A stretch of DNA of 64,000 nt from the NCBI RefSeq assembly GCF_003334305.1, contig NZ_QOWS01000005.1, one strand, 5' to 3'. The stretch comes from Escherichia coli (GTDB taxonomy: Bacteria; Pseudomonadota; Gammaproteobacteria; Enterobacterales; Enterobacteriaceae). A model generated the notes under the pieces. That model did no database searches, had not been told where the DNA came from, and saw nothing but the letters and a program-made list of their open reading frames with translations. Positions 47,719-59,293 of the stretch are shown piece after piece. The position numbers and the translations under genes are program-made. The first letter of the stretch is position 1. Every line of letters starts with the position of its first letter.

Positions 47719-50700
47719 ATGATTCCACAGATTTCCCAGGCACCCGGCGTCGTTCAACTGGTGCTTAATTTTTTGCAAGAGCTGGAGCAACAAGGTTTTA
47801 CCGGCGATACGGCGACAAGTTATGCCGATCGTCTGACAATGTCGACCGACAACAGTATTTACCAACTTCTCCCCGATGCGGTGGTATTTCCGCGTTCAAC
47901 CGCAGATGTGGCGCTGATCGCCCGTCTTGCCGCGCAGGAACGCTATTCATCGCTGATCTTTACCCCCCGCGGCGGCGGCACCGGCACTAACGGTCAGGCG
48001 CTCAACCAGGGGATTATTGTTGATATGTCCCGCCATATGAACCGCATCATCGAAATTAACCCTGAAGAGGGCTGGGTGCGCGTTGAGGCCGGGGTGATAA
48101 AAGATCAACTCAATCAGTACCTGAAACCGTTCGGCTACTTTTTTGCGCCGGAACTTTCGACCAGCAACCGGGCAACGCTCGGTGGGATGATCAATACCGA
48201 TGCATCCGGTCAGGGATCGCTGGTCTATGGCAAAACGTCAGATCACGTACTTGGCGTACGCGCGGTGTTGTTGGGGGGCGATATTCTCGATACGCAACCT
48301 TTACCCGTCGAATTGGCGGAAACGCTGGGTAAATCCAATACCACAATCGGGCGAATTTATAACACGGTTTATCAACGTTGCCGTCAGCAACGCCAGTTAA
48401 TTATCGACAACTTCCCCAAACTTAACCGCTTTCTTACCGGTTACGATCTGCGTCATGTCTTTAACGATGAGATGACCGAGTTCGACCTGACGCGCATTCT
48501 GACGGGTTCAGAAGGGACGCTGGCCTTTATTACCGAAGCGCGGCTGGATATTACGCCCTTGCCTAAAGTGCGCCGTCTGGTGAACGTCAAATATGACTCT
48601 TTTGACTCCGCGCTGCGTAACGCGCCGTTTATGGTTGAGGCGCGGGCGCTTTCGGTAGAGACGGTGGACTCAAAAGTGCTGAATCTGGCGCGGGAAGATA
48701 TTGTCTGGCATTCCGTCAGCGAGTTGATTACCGATGTGCCTGACAAAGAGATGCTCGGGCTGAACATTGTGGAGTTTGCTGGTGATGATGAGGCGCTGAT
48801 TGACGAGCGAGTTAATGCTCTCTGTGTGCGGCTTGATGAGCTGATTGCCAGCCAACAGGCAGGTGTGATTGGCTGGCAGGTGTGCCGCGAGCTGGCGGGT
48901 GTTGAACGTATCTATGCGATGCGTAAAAAAGCCGTTGGTCTGCTTGGCAATGCCAAAGGTGCCGCTAAGCCAATTCCGTTTGCTGAGGATACCTGCGTAC
49001 CGCCGGAACATCTGGCGGATTATATTGCTGAATTTCGCGCGCTGCTCGACAGCCACGGCTTAAGCTACGGTATGTTCGGTCACGTCGACGCAGGTGTTTT
49101 GCACGTCCGTCCAGCGCTGGATATGTGCGATCCTCAACAAGAGATTTTGATGAAGCAAATCTCTGATGACGTGGTGGCGCTGACTGCGAAATACGGTGGT
49201 TTGTTGTGGGGCGAGCACGGCAAAGGTTTTCGCGCTGAATACAGCCCGGCGTTTTTCGGTGAGGAACTTTTTGCAGAACTGCGCAAAGTGAAAGCGGCAT
49301 TTGACCCGCATAACCGACTCAACCCAGGGAAGATTTGCCCGCCAGAAGGTCTCGATGCGCCGATGATGAAAGTGGACGCGGTGAAGCGCGGTACATTCGA
49401 TCGGCAGATCCCCATTGCGGTACGCCAGCAGTGGCGCGGTGCGATGGAGTGTAACGGCAACGGTTTATGCTTCAACTTTGATGCCCGTAGTCCGATGTGT
49501 CCGTCGATGAAGATCACCCAGAGCCGGATTCATTCACCGAAAGGGCGCGCAACGCTGGTGCGTGAATGGCTGCGTTTGTTGGCGGATCGCGGCGTTGATC
49601 CACTCAAACTGGAACAAGAACTGCCTGAATCCGGCGTCAGTTTGCGGACGTTAATTGCCCGCACGCGCAATAGCTGGCATGCGAATAAAGGCGAATATGA
49701 CTTCTCACACGAAGTCAAAGAGGCGATGTCGGGCTGTCTGGCCTGTAAAGCGTGTTCGACCCAGTGCCCCATCAAAATTGATGTGCCGGAGTTTCGCTCT
49801 CGTTTTCTGCAGCTCTATCACACCCGTTATTTACGCCCGCTGCGCGACCACCTCGTCGCTACGGTCGAGAGCTACGCGCCGCTGATGGCACGCGCGCCGA
49901 AAACCTTTAACTTCTTCATTAACCAGCCGCTGGTGCGCAAACTCTCGGAAAAACATATCGGCATGGTTGATTTGCCACTGCTGTCGGTCCCCTCGCTACA
50001 ACAACAAATGGTGGGGCATCGCTCGGCAAACATGACGCTGGAACAGCTTGAAGCTCTCAATGCAGAGCAGAAAGCGCGCACGGTGTTGGTGGTGCAGGAC
50101 CCCTTTACCAGCTATTACGATGCGCAAGTGGTGGCGGATTTTGTCCGTCTGGTTGAAAAATTAGGTTTCCAGCCGGTGTTACTGCCATTTTCGCCAAATG
50201 GCAAAGCCCAGCATATTAAAGGTTTTCTTAATCGTTTTGCGAAGACGGCGAAAAAGACGGCGGATTTCCTCAACCGTATGGCGAAGCTGGGGATGCCAAT
50301 GGTGGGCGTCGATCCGGCGCTGGTACTTTGTTATCGCGATGAATATAAACTGGCGCTGGGCGAGGAACGTGGCGAGTTTAACGTCTTACTGGCGAATGAA
50401 TGGCTGGCAAGCGCACTTGAGTCACAGCCAGTGGCTACAGTCAGCGGTGAATCATGGTATTTCTTTGGTCACTGTACCGAGGTTACCGCCTTGCCGGGCG
50501 CGCCAGCACAATGGGCCGCGATATTTGCCCGTTTTGGCGCGAAACTGGAAAATGTCAGCGTGGGTTGCTGCGGCATGGCAGGGACTTACGGACATGAAGA
50601 GAAAAACCATAAAAATTCGCTCGGGATCTATGAGTTATCCTGGCATCAGGCTATGCAGCGACTGCCGCGTAACCGCTGTCTGGCGACCGGATATTCCTGC

Positions 50701-50775
50701 CGTAGCCAGGTCAAACGGGTTGAAGGCACGGGGGTACGCCATCCTGTGCAGGCTTTACTGGAGATTATTAAATGA
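47719..50775 (+). CDS. ydiJ: FAD-linked oxidoreductase with Fe-S/CCG domains (D-2-hydroxyglutarate dehydrogenase-like)
   Basis: 1018-aa ORF recognised as YdiJ. Confidence 0.9.
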   Translation: MIPQISQAPGVVQLVLNFLQELEQQGFTGDTATSYADRLTMSTDNSIYQLLPDAVVFPRSTADVALIARLAAQERYSSLIFTPRGGGTGTNGQALNQGIIVDMSRHMNRIIEINPEEGWVRVEAGVIKDQLNQYLKPFGYFFAPELSTSNRATLGGMINTDASGQGSLVYGKTSDHVLGVRAVLLGGDILDTQPLPVELAETLGKSNTTIGRIYNTVYQRCRQQRQLIIDNFPKLNRFLTGYDLRHVFNDEMTEFDLTRILTGSEGTLAFITEARLDITPLPKVRRLVNVKYDSFDSALRNAPFMVEARALSVETVDSKVLNLAREDIVWHSVSELITDVPDKEMLGLNIVEFAGDDEALIDERVNALCVRLDELIASQQAGVIGWQVCRELAGVERIYAMRKKAVGLLGNAKGAAKPIPFAEDTCVPPEHLADYIAEFRALLDSHGLSYGMFGHVDAGVLHVRPALDMCDPQQEILMKQISDDVVALTAKYGGLLWGEHGKGFRAEYSPAFFGEELFAELRKVKAAFDPHNRLNPGKICPPEGLDAPMMKVDAVKRGTFDRQIPIAVRQQWRGAMECNGNGLCFNFDARSPMCPSMKITQSRIHSPKGRATLVREWLRLLADRGVDPLKLEQELPESGVSLRTLIARTRNSWHANKGEYDFSHEVKEAMSGCLACKACSTQCPIKIDVPEFRSRFLQLYHTRYLRPLRDHLVATVESYAPLMARAPKTFNFFINQPLVRKLSEKHIGMVDLPLLSVPSLQQQMVGHRSANMTLEQLEALNAEQKARTVLVVQDPFTSYYDAQVVADFVRLVEKLGFQPVLLPFSPNGKAQHIKGFLNRFAKTAKKTADFLNRMAKLGMPMVGVDPALVLCYRDEYKLALGEERGEFNVLLANEWLASALESQPVATVSGESWYFFGHCTEVTALPGAPAQWAAIFARFGAKLENVSVGCCGMAGTYGHEEKNHKNSLGIYELSWHQAMQRLPRNRCLATGYSCRSQVKRVEGTGVRHPVQALLEIIK

Positions 50776-51182
50776 TATGGAAACGAAAAATCACCCTGGA
50801 AGCACTGAATGCTATGGGTGAAGGAAACATGGTGGGGTTGCTGGATATTCGCTTTGAACATATTGGTGATGACACCCTTGAAGCGACAATGCCAGTAGAC
50901 TCGCGGACAAAGCAGCCTTTCGGGTTGCTGCATGGAGGCGCATCCGTGGTGCTGGCCGAAAGTATCGGTTCCGTTGCCGGTTATTTATGTACTGAAGGTG
51001 AGCAAAAAGTGGTTGGCCTGGAAATCAATGCTAACCACGTCCGCTCGGCACGAGAAGGGCGGGTGCGCGGCGTATGCAAACCGTTGCATCTCGGTTCGCG
51101 TCACCAGGTCTGGCAGATTGAAATCTTCGATGAGAAAGGGCGTTTGTGCTGTTCGTCACGATTGACGACCGCCATTTTGTGA
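50772..51182 (+). CDS. menI: 1,4-dihydroxy-2-naphthoyl-CoA hydrolase (hotdog thioesterase)
   Basis: 136-aa ORF recognised as YdiI/MenI; ATGA overlap with the ydiJ stop. Confidence 0.9.
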   Translation: MIWKRKITLEALNAMGEGNMVGLLDIRFEHIGDDTLEATMPVDSRTKQPFGLLHGGASVVLAESIGSVAGYLCTEGEQKVVGLEINANHVRSAREGRVRGVCKPLHLGSRHQVWQIEIFDEKGRLCCSSRLTTAIL

Positions 51183-51281
51183 CGTTGTCACCAGAAAAGT
51201 GTGACGCATATTGCTTTTGGTCATTATCTGCACAGTAAACGGTGGTATACTGTGCAGGTCTTGTCTAAAAGCGAGGATGCT

Positions 51282-51470
51282 ATGTCTACTCAACTTGATC
51301 CCACCCAACTGGCCATTGAATTTTTACGCCGTGACCAGAGCAATCTTTCACCTGCCCAATATCTCAAACGTCTGAAACAACTAGAACTTGAATTTGCTGA
51401 CCTGCTTACTCTCTCTTCTGCTGAATTAAAAGAAGAAATCTACTTTGCCTGGCGTCTGGGCGTGCATTGA
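51282..51470 (+). CDS. ydiH: Uncharacterized small protein YdiH
   Basis: 62-aa product MSTQLDPTQLAIEFLRRDQSNLSPAQYLKRLKQLELEFADLL...; track ORF extended upstream. Confidence 0.75.
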   Translation: MSTQLDPTQLAIEFLRRDQSNLSPAQYLKRLKQLELEFADLLTLSSAELKEEIYFAWRLGVH

Positions 51471-51639
51471 TCCTGACTTAATGCCGCAAGTTCGCCAAAT
51501 CGACCTGGATTAACCTCCGTCCAGGTTCGATGACCTTCTTAATACTGCTTATCTACCGCCTGATATTGTTCAAAAATAATACTAATCGCAGTTTGTGTTA
51601 AAACGGCGGGTTAGCTTTATGAGATTATTCTTATCGCCC

Positions 51640-51745
51640 CTTCAAGAGCTAAGCCACTGAGAGTGCCGGAGATAAGCGCCGGATGGGGTAGAAACCCTTA
51701 AGCCTGTGTTGCACAGACTTAAGGGTTTTCTTATTTCTGAACGCT
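51640..51745 (+). ncRNA. Candidate small RNA with intrinsic terminator in the ydiH-sufA intergenic region (possibly RydB)
   Basis: Strong hairpin aaacccttaag-cctgtgttgcacaga-cttaagggttt followed by tcttatttct on the plus strand, in a 550-bp non-coding gap; I recall an sRNA (rydB) mapping between ydiH and sufA in K-12 but cannot recall its sequence. Confidence 0.35.
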
Positions 51746-51956
51746 GCACTTTTTTACCTATCTCTTAAATAGTCATTTTCAATACAACTTTTTCTTTTTC
51801 ATCACAGCCTTAATGCTCCTTAGATAATAACCATTATCTAACAATGAGATACCTAATTCTTAGCGTGCCTGTTAACCCACACATCAGGGTCTATGCTTAT
51901 TAAAAGCAGGCAAAAAGCATGTTTTACGGTAAAGCCCCTGCGTTTGCTGGGTTGTA

Positions 51957-51977
51957 CTGATAATCATTATCACTAAC
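51957..51977. promoter_or_regulatory. Fur box in the sufA promoter
   Basis: ctGATAATCATTATCactaac closely matches the Fur consensus GATAATGATAATCATTATC, about 45 bp upstream of sufA. Confidence 0.75.
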
Positions 51978-52017
51978 ATGCTGTTATACGCTGAAAGCGA
52001 TGAAGTGAGGTAAATCG

Positions 52018-52386
52018 ATGGACATGCATTCAGGAACCTTTAACCCACAAGATTTCGCCTGGCAAGGCTTAACGCTGACACCCGCAGCGGCGATACACAT
52101 CCGTGAGCTGGTGGCAAAGCAGCCGGGTATGGTCGGCGTGCGCTTAGGCGTGAAGCAAACGGGCTGCGCGGGCTTTGGCTATGTGCTCGACAGTGTTAGC
52201 GAGCCGGACAAAGACGATCTGCTGTTTGAACACGACGGCGCGAAGCTGTTTGTCCCGCTGCAAGCGATGCCGTTTATTGATGGCACGGAAGTCGATTTCG
52301 TTCGTGAAGGACTTAATCAGATATTCAAATTTCACAACCCTAAAGCCCAGAATGAATGTGGCTGTGGCGAAAGCTTTGGGGTATAG
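52018..52386 (+). CDS. sufA: Fe-S cluster A-type carrier protein
   Basis: 122-aa ORF ending in the CGCGESF motif. Confidence 0.95.
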   Translation: MDMHSGTFNPQDFAWQGLTLTPAAAIHIRELVAKQPGMVGVRLGVKQTGCAGFGYVLDSVSEPDKDDLLFEHDGAKLFVPLQAMPFIDGTEVDFVREGLNQIFKFHNPKAQNECGCGESFGV

Positions 52387-52394
52387 GCGGTACT

Positions 52395-53882
52395 ATGTCT
52401 CGTAATACTGAAGCAACTGACGATGTCAAAACCTGGACCGGCGGCCCGCTGAATTATAAAGAAGGATTCTTCACCCAGTTAGCCACCGATGAGCTGGCAA
52501 AGGGGATAAACGAAGAGGTGGTGCGCGCAATTTCGGCGAAGCGTAATGAGCCGGAGTGGATGCTGAAGTTTCGTCTAAACGCCTATCGCGCATGGCTGGA
52601 GATGGAAGAACCGCACTGGTTGAAAGCGCACTACGACAAGCTGAATTATCAGGATTACAGCTACTACTCAGCACCATCGTGCGGTAATTGTGACGACACT
52701 TGCGCGTCTGAACCTGGCGCGGTGCAGCAAACTGGCGCGAACGCCTTTTTAAGTAAAGAGGTGGAGGCGGCGTTTGAGCAGTTGGGCGTTCCCGTGCGGG
52801 AAGGCAAAGAGGTGGCGGTGGATGCCATTTTCGACTCAGTTTCGGTTGCCACTACTTATCGCGAAAAACTGGCGGAGCAGGGAATTATTTTCTGTTCCTT
52901 TGGTGAGGCGATCCACGATCACCCGGAACTGGTGCGTAAATATCTCGGCACCGTGGTGCCGGGGAATGACAACTTCTTTGCCGCGCTTAATGCGGCGGTA
53001 GCCTCTGACGGTACGTTTATTTATGTGCCTAAAGGCGTGCGCTGCCCGATGGAACTTTCCACCTATTTTCGCATTAACGCGGAAAAAACCGGGCAGTTTG
53101 AGCGCACCATTCTGGTGGCCGACGAAGACAGCTACGTCAGCTACATTGAAGGCTGTTCCGCTCCGGTGCGTGACAGCTATCAGTTACACGCGGCAGTGGT
53201 GGAAGTCATCATCCATAAAAACGCCGAGGTGAAATATTCCACGGTACAAAACTGGTTCCCTGGCGATAACAACACCGGCGGTATTCTCAACTTCGTCACC
53301 AAGCGTGCTTTGTGCGAAGGCGAAAACAGCAAAATGTCATGGACGCAATCAGAAACCGGGTCCGCGATTACGTGGAAATATCCCAGCTGCATTTTGCGCG
53401 GCGATAACTCCATTGGTGAGTTTTACTCAGTGGCGCTGACCAGCGGTCATCAGCAAGCGGATACCGGCACCAAGATGATCCACATCGGTAAAAACACCAA
53501 ATCGACCATTATCTCGAAAGGGATCTCTGCCGGACATAGTCAGAACAGTTATCGCGGCTTAGTGAAAATCATGCCGACGGCAACCAATGCGCGCAATTTC
53601 ACTCAGTGCGACTCAATGCTGATTGGCGCTAATTGTGGGGCGCATACCTTCCCGTATGTCGAATGTCGCAATAACAGCGCACAACTGGAGCACGAGGCAA
53701 CGACATCACGTATTGGTGAAGATCAACTGTTTTACTGCCTGCAACGCGGGATCAGCGAAGAAGACGCCATCTCGATGATTGTTAACGGTTTCTGCAAAGA
53801 CGTGTTCTCAGAACTGCCGCTGGAATTTGCCGTTGAAGCACAAAAACTCCTCGCCATCAGTCTTGAACACAGCGTCGGATAA
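52395..53882 (+). CDS. sufB: Fe-S cluster assembly scaffold protein SufB
   Basis: 495-aa product from [26 protein letters not shown]...; track ORF starts 13 codons upstream. Confidence 0.95.
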   Translation: MSRNTEATDDVKTWTGGPLNYKEGFFTQLATDELAKGINEEVVRAISAKRNEPEWMLKFRLNAYRAWLEMEEPHWLKAHYDKLNYQDYSYYSAPSCGNCDDTCASEPGAVQQTGANAFLSKEVEAAFEQLGVPVREGKEVAVDAIFDSVSVATTYREKLAEQGIIFCSFGEAIHDHPELVRKYLGTVVPGNDNFFAALNAAVASDGTFIYVPKGVRCPMELSTYFRINAEKTGQFERTILVADEDSYVSYIEGCSAPVRDSYQLHAAVVEVIIHKNAEVKYSTVQNWFPGDNNTGGILNFVTKRALCEGENSKMSWTQSETGSAITWKYPSCILRGDNSIGEFYSVALTSGHQQADTGTKMIHIGKNTKSTIISKGISAGHSQNSYRGLVKIMPTATNARNFTQCDSMLIGANCGAHTFPYVECRNNSAQLEHEATTSRIGEDQLFYCLQRGISEEDAISMIVNGFCKDVFSELPLEFAVEAQKLLAISLEHSVG

Positions 53883-53891
53883 GGAATAAAC

Positions 53892-54638
53892 ATGTTAAGT
53901 ATTAAAGATTTACACGTCAGCGTGGAAGATAAAGCTATCCTGCGTGGATTAAGCCTCGCCGTTCGTCCCGGCGAAGTTCACGCCATTATGGGGCCAAACG
54001 GTTCGGGCAAAAGTACCTTATCGGCAACGCTTGCCGGGCGCGAAGATTATGAAGTGACGGGCGGCACGGTTGAGTTCAAAGGCAAAGATTTGCTTGCACT
54101 GTCGCCGGAAGATCGTGCAGGCGAAGGCATCTTTATGGCCTTCCAGTATCCGGTGGAGATTCCAGGCGTCAGTAACCAGTTTTTCCTGCAAACGGCACTT
54201 AATGCGGTGCGCAGCTATCGCGGCCAGGAAACGCTCGACCGCTTTGATTTTCAGGATTTGATGGAAGAGAAAATCGCTCTCCTGAAGATGCCGGAAGATT
54301 TATTAACCCGTTCGGTAAACGTTGGTTTTTCCGGCGGCGAGAAAAAGCGCAACGATATTTTGCAAATGGCGGTGCTGGAACCGGAGTTATGCATTCTTGA
54401 TGAGTCGGACTCCGGGCTGGATATTGACGCATTAAAAGTGGTCGCCGATGGCGTGAACTCGCTGCGTGATGGCAAGCGCTCATTCATCATTGTTACGCAC
54501 TACCAACGCATTCTCGACTACATCAAGCCTGATTACGTTCATGTGCTATATCAGGGACGAATTGTGAAATCCGGCGATTTCACGTTGGTCAAACAACTGG
54601 AGGAGCAGGGTTATGGCTGGCTTACCGAACAGCAGTAA
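53892..54638 (+). CDS. sufC: Fe-S cluster assembly ATPase SufC
   Basis: 248-aa ABC-type ATPase (GPNGSGKST). Confidence 0.96.
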   Translation: MLSIKDLHVSVEDKAILRGLSLAVRPGEVHAIMGPNGSGKSTLSATLAGREDYEVTGGTVEFKGKDLLALSPEDRAGEGIFMAFQYPVEIPGVSNQFFLQTALNAVRSYRGQETLDRFDFQDLMEEKIALLKMPEDLLTRSVNVGFSGGEKKRNDILQMAVLEPELCILDESDSGLDIDALKVVADGVNSLRDGKRSFIIVTHYQRILDYIKPDYVHVLYQGRIVKSGDFTLVKQLEEQGYGWLTEQQ

Positions 54639-55884
54639 TGCGCTGCAACAGTGGCATCACTTGTTTGAAGCTGAAGGGACAAAACGCTCACCGCAAGCAC
54701 AGCAGCATTTACAACAATTGCTGCGTACCGGACTGCCGACACGTAAACATGAAAACTGGAAATATACGCCGCTGGAAGGGCTGACCAATAGCCAGTTTGT
54801 CAGCATTGCGGGGGAGATATCCCCACAGCAGCGTGATGCCTTAGCGTTAACGTTAGACGCTGTGCGGCTGGTATTTGTCGATGGACGTTACGTGTCAGCA
54901 CTGAGCGATGCGACTGAAGGCAGCGGGTATGAAGTGAGCATTAACGACGACCGTCAGGGGGTACCCGACGCTATTCAGGCGGAAGTGTTTCTGCATTTGA
55001 CGGAAAGCCTGGCACAAAGCGTGACGCATATCGCCGTGAAGCGCGGTCAACGGCCGGCAAAGCCATTGCTGTTAATGCATATTACCCAGGGCGTGGCAGG
55101 TGAAGAGGTCAACACTGCCCATTACCGACATCATCTGGATCTGGCGGAAGGTGCCGAAGCAACGGTGATCGAACATTTTGTCAGCCTTAATGATGCTCGT
55201 CACTTCACCGGCGCACGGTTCACTATCAATGTCGCAGCGAACGCCCACTTGCAGCATATCAAGCTGGCGTTTGAAAACCCGGTCAGTCACCACTTTGCCC
55301 ATAACGATTTGTTGCTGGCTGACGATGCCACCGCATTTAGCCATAGTTTCCTGCTGGGTGGCGCAGTGTTACGACACAACACCAGTACGCAACTCAATGG
55401 CGAAAACAGCACGCTGCGGATCAATAGCCTGGCGATGCCGGTGAAAAACGAGGTGTGTGATACCCGTACCTGGCTGGAACACAATAAAGGTTTTTGTAAC
55501 AGCCGACAGTTGCACAAAACTATCGTCAGCGACAAAGGCCGCGCGGTATTTAACGGTTTGATCAACGTCGCGCAGCACGCCATCAAAACGGATGGTCAGA
55601 TGACCAACAATAATCTGCTGATGGGCAAACTGGCGGAAGTGGATACAAAACCGCAGCTGGAAATCTATGCAGATGATGTGAAATGCAGCCACGGCGCGAC
55701 GGTGGGGCGTATTGATGATGAACAGATGTTCTATCTGCGCTCGCGCGGGATCAATCAGCAGGATGCCCAGCAGATGATCATTTACGCCTTTGCTGCCGAA
55801 CTGACGGAAGCACTGCGTGATGAGGGGCTTAAACAGCAGGTGCTGGCCCGAATCGGTCAACGGCTGCCAGGAGGTGCAAGATGA
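54613..55884 (+). CDS. sufD: Fe-S cluster assembly protein SufD
   Basis: 423-aa [25 protein letters not shown]...; overlaps the sufC 3' end by 26 nt. Confidence 0.93.
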   Translation: MAGLPNSSNALQQWHHLFEAEGTKRSPQAQQHLQQLLRTGLPTRKHENWKYTPLEGLTNSQFVSIAGEISPQQRDALALTLDAVRLVFVDGRYVSALSDATEGSGYEVSINDDRQGVPDAIQAEVFLHLTESLAQSVTHIAVKRGQRPAKPLLLMHITQGVAGEEVNTAHYRHHLDLAEGAEATVIEHFVSLNDARHFTGARFTINVAANAHLQHIKLAFENPVSHHFAHNDLLLADDATAFSHSFLLGGAVLRHNTSTQLNGENSTLRINSLAMPVKNEVCDTRTWLEHNKGFCNSRQLHKTIVSDKGRAVFNGLINVAQHAIKTDGQMTNNNLLMGKLAEVDTKPQLEIYADDVKCSHGATVGRIDDEQMFYLRSRGINQQDAQQMIIYAFAAELTEALRDEGLKQQVLARIGQRLPGGAR

Positions 55885-57101
55885 CTTTTTCCGTCGACAA
55901 AGTGCGGGCCGACTTTCCGGTGCTTTCGCGTGAGGTAAACGGTTTGCCGCTGGCTTATCTCGACAGCGCCGCCAGTGCACAGAAACCGAGCCAGGTGATT
56001 GACGCCGAGGCCGAGTTTTATCGTCATGGCTACGCGGCGGTGCATCGCGGTATTCATACCTTAAGCGCTCAGGCGACCGAGAAAATGGAGAACGTGCGCA
56101 AGCGGGCATCGCTGTTTATTAATGCCCGTTCGGCGGAAGAGCTGGTGTTCGTCCGCGGCACGACGGAAGGGATCAATCTGGTCGCCAATAGCTGGGGCAA
56201 CAGCAATGTGCGGGCGGGCGATAACATCATCATCAGTCAGATGGAGCACCACGCTAACATTGTCCCCTGGCAGATGCTTTGCGCACGCGTTGGCGCAGAG
56301 CTGCGTGTGATCCCTCTCAACCCCGACGGTACGCTGCAACTGGAGACGCTGCCTACGCTGTTTGATGAGAAAACTCGCCTGCTGGCAATTACTCATGTCT
56401 CCAACGTGCTGGGAACAGAAAATCCGCTGGCGGAAATAATCACGCTTGCGCACCAGCATGGCGCAAAAGTGCTGGTGGATGGCGCTCAGGCGGTGATGCA
56501 TCATCCGGTGGATGTTCAGGCGCTGGATTGCGACTTTTACGTGTTCTCCGGGCATAAACTGTATGGCCCCACCGGAATTGGCATTCTTTATGTGAAAGAA
56601 GCCTTGTTGCAGGAGATGCCGCCGTGGGAAGGGGGCGGTTCTATGATCGCCACCGTCAGCCTGAGTGAAGGCACTACCTGGACCAAAGCACCATGGCGGT
56701 TTGAAGCCGGTACACCCAATACCGGGGGCATCATTGGTCTTGGCGCGGCGCTGGAGTATGTTTCGGCGCTGGGGCTTAATAACATAGCCGAGTATGAACA
56801 GAATCTGATGCACTACGCGCTATCACAGCTGGAATCTGTACCGGATCTCACTCTCTATGGCCCGCGGAACAGGCTTGGCGTTATTGCTTTTAATCTTGGT
56901 AAACACCACGCCTATGATGTTGGCAGTTTTCTCGATAACTACGGCATTGCTGTGCGTACCGGACATCACTGCGCTATGCCATTAATGGCCTATTACAACG
57001 TCCCTGCTATGTGTCGGGCGTCGCTGGCCATGTATAACACCCATGAAGAAGTGGATCGTCTGGTGACCGGACTGCAACGTATTCACCGTCTGCTGGGATA
57101 A
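55881..57101 (+). CDS. sufS: Cysteine desulfurase SufS (PLP-dependent)
   Basis: 406-aa [34 protein letters not shown]...; ATGA overlap with sufD. Confidence 0.96.
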   Translation: MTFSVDKVRADFPVLSREVNGLPLAYLDSAASAQKPSQVIDAEAEFYRHGYAAVHRGIHTLSAQATEKMENVRKRASLFINARSAEELVFVRGTTEGINLVANSWGNSNVRAGDNIIISQMEHHANIVPWQMLCARVGAELRVIPLNPDGTLQLETLPTLFDEKTRLLAITHVSNVLGTENPLAEIITLAHQHGAKVLVDGAQAVMHHPVDVQALDCDFYVFSGHKLYGPTGIGILYVKEALLQEMPPWEGGGSMIATVSLSEGTTWTKAPWRFEAGTPNTGGIIGLGAALEYVSALGLNNIAEYEQNLMHYALSQLESVPDLTLYGPRNRLGVIAFNLGKHHAYDVGSFLDNYGIAVRTGHHCAMPLMAYYNVPAMCRASLAMYNTHEEVDRLVTGLQRIHRLLG

Positions 57102-57113
57102 CAGGGAGGCACT

Positions 57114-57530
57114 ATGGCTTTATTGCCGGATAAAGAAAAATTGCTGCGTAATTTTTTACGCTGCGCCAACTGGGAAGAGAAATATCTCTACATTATTGAG
57201 CTGGGCCAGCGTCTGCCAGAATTACGCGCCGAAGACCGAAGCCCACAAAATAGCATTCAGGGCTGCCAGAGTCAGGTGTGGATTGTCATGCGCCAGAATG
57301 CGCAGGGAATTATTGAATTGCAGGGCGACAGCGATGCGGCGATTGTGAAAGGGCTTATTGCGGTCGTCTTTATTCTCTACGATCAGATGACGCCGCAGGA
57401 TATTGTCAATTTCGATGTGCGTCCGTGGTTTGAAAAAATGGCGCTCACCCAACATCTCACCCCATCTCGTTCACAAGGTCTGGAAGCGATGATTCGCGCA
57501 ATTCGCGCCAAAGCCGCTGCACTTAGCTAA
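57114..57530 (+). CDS. sufE: Sulfur acceptor protein SufE
   Basis: 138-aa [40 protein letters not shown]... Confidence 0.95.
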
Positions 57531-57678
57531 ACTAAAGGGACAGCTTTCATCCGGTTGGCTCACATTGCCGGATGGTCAATGTTTACACTGACCTGCACAG
57601 GAGTGTTTTGGTTTCAGGTGAACATAAGCGCCATCCGACGTTTCAGCGTGAGTCTCCGGCAAATACAGGAGGTTTACA

Positions 57679-58683
57679 ATGAAACGCGCTTCTTTGCTTA
57701 CACTCACGCTTATCGGCGCTTTTAGCGCCATCCAGGCTGCCTGGGCGGTTGATTATCCGCTACCACCAACCGGAAGCCGACTGGTTGGGCAAAATCAAAC
57801 GTATACGGTGCAAGAAGGGGATAAAAACCTTCAGGCTATTGCCCGACGTTTTGATACTGCGGCAATGTTGATCCTTGAAGCCAATAACACTATCGCCCCG
57901 GTGCCAAAACCTGGTACGACGATAACTATTCCTTCACAACTGTTATTACCTGATGCACCGCGTCAGGGGATTATCGTTAACCTTGCAGAGCTGCGCCTTT
58001 ATTATTATCCGCCGGGAGAAAATATTGTGCAGGTTTATCCAATAGGTATTGGATTGCAGGGGCTGGAAACGCCGGTGATGGAAACGCGTGTTGGGCAGAA
58101 AATCCCTAACCCAACCTGGACGCCTACGGCAGGCATTCGTCAGCGTTCGCTGGAGCGTGGCATTAAATTACCGCCAGTCGTTCCTGCCGGACCAAATAAC
58201 CCGCTAGGACGTTACGCACTGCGCCTCGCGCATGGTAATGGCGAATACCTCATTCATGGCACCAGTGCGCCGGACAGCGTTGGTTTGCGCGTCAGTTCAG
58301 GGTGTATTCGCATGAATGCACCGGATATTAAAGCCTTGTTCTCCAGCGTGCGGACGGGAACGCCGGTGAAAGTGATCAACGAACCGGTGAAATATTCCGT
58401 GGAACCTAACGGGATGCGTTATGTTGAAGTACATCGACCACTATCAGCAGAAGAACAGCAAAACGTTCAGACAATGCCATACACACTGCCAGCAGGCTTT
58501 ACGCAATTTAAAGACAATAAGGCTGTAGATCAGAAGTTAGTCGATAAAGCGTTGTATCGTCGGGCAGGGTATCCGGTTTCGGTGAGCAGTGGAGCAACTC
58601 CCGCAGCCAGCAATGCGCCTTCAGTAGAGTCAGCGCAGAATGGTGAACCAGAGCAAGGGAATATGTTACGCGCGACGCAGTAG
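57679..58683 (+). CDS. ldtE: L,D-transpeptidase (LysM + YkuD domains)
   Basis: 334-aa ORF with signal peptide, recognised as YnhG/LdtE; active-site SSGCIRM motif. Confidence 0.92.
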   Translation: MKRASLLTLTLIGAFSAIQAAWAVDYPLPPTGSRLVGQNQTYTVQEGDKNLQAIARRFDTAAMLILEANNTIAPVPKPGTTITIPSQLLLPDAPRQGIIVNLAELRLYYYPPGENIVQVYPIGIGLQGLETPVMETRVGQKIPNPTWTPTAGIRQRSLERGIKLPPVVPAGPNNPLGRYALRLAHGNGEYLIHGTSAPDSVGLRVSSGCIRMNAPDIKALFSSVRTGTPVKVINEPVKYSVEPNGMRYVEVHRPLSAEEQQNVQTMPYTLPAGFTQFKDNKAVDQKLVDKALYRRAGYPVSVSSGATPAASNAPSVESAQNGEPEQGNMLRATQ

Positions 58684-58698
58684 CGGTAAACGGCAGAC

Positions 58699-58731
58699 AA
58701 AAAAAATGGCGCACAATGTGCGCCATTTTTC
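58699..58731. terminator. Bidirectional rho-independent terminator between ldtE and lpp
   Basis: aaaaaaaatggcgcaca-atg-tgcgccattttt: GC-rich stem flanked by an A-run and a T-run, able to terminate both convergent transcripts. Confidence 0.85.
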
Positions 58732-58746
58732 ACTTCACAGGTACTA

Positions 58747-58995
<249 letters not shown>

Positions 58996-59237
58996 CTAGA
59001 TTGAGTTAATCTCCATGTAGCGTTACAAGTATTACACAAAGTTTTTTATGTTGAGAATATTTTTTTGATGGGAAGGCACTTATTTTTGATCGTTCGCTCA
59101 AAGAAGCATCGAACGCTGGGTTTTAGATAAAAAAATTGAGAGAAAACAGGATGCTTCCATCGGATTCATCTTAGATAAAGTGAGATTATATAGTGAAATC
59201 CGATTTGATTTTTTATTGCTTCTGGTTATCGATTAAA

Positions 59238-59266
59238 TAAAAAAAGCGCCCATCAGGGCGCTTCGA
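59238..59266 (-). terminator. Rho-independent terminator of pykF
   Basis: Minus-strand read cgaagcgccc-tgat-gggcgc followed by a 7-U run. Confidence 0.8.
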
Positions 59267-59293
59267 TATACAAATTAATTCACAAAAGCAATA

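Noticed and set aside
55369-56813. Antisense ORFs of 246 and 250 aa inside sufD and sufS
   Set aside because: Same reasoning: they fall within confidently identified suf genes and have no independent support.
59161-59204. Inverted repeat tcggatt...aatccga in the lpp upstream region as a possible regulatory hairpin
   Set aside because: It has only a 7-bp stem with a roughly 29-nt loop in very AT-rich promoter DNA, which is too weak to call.
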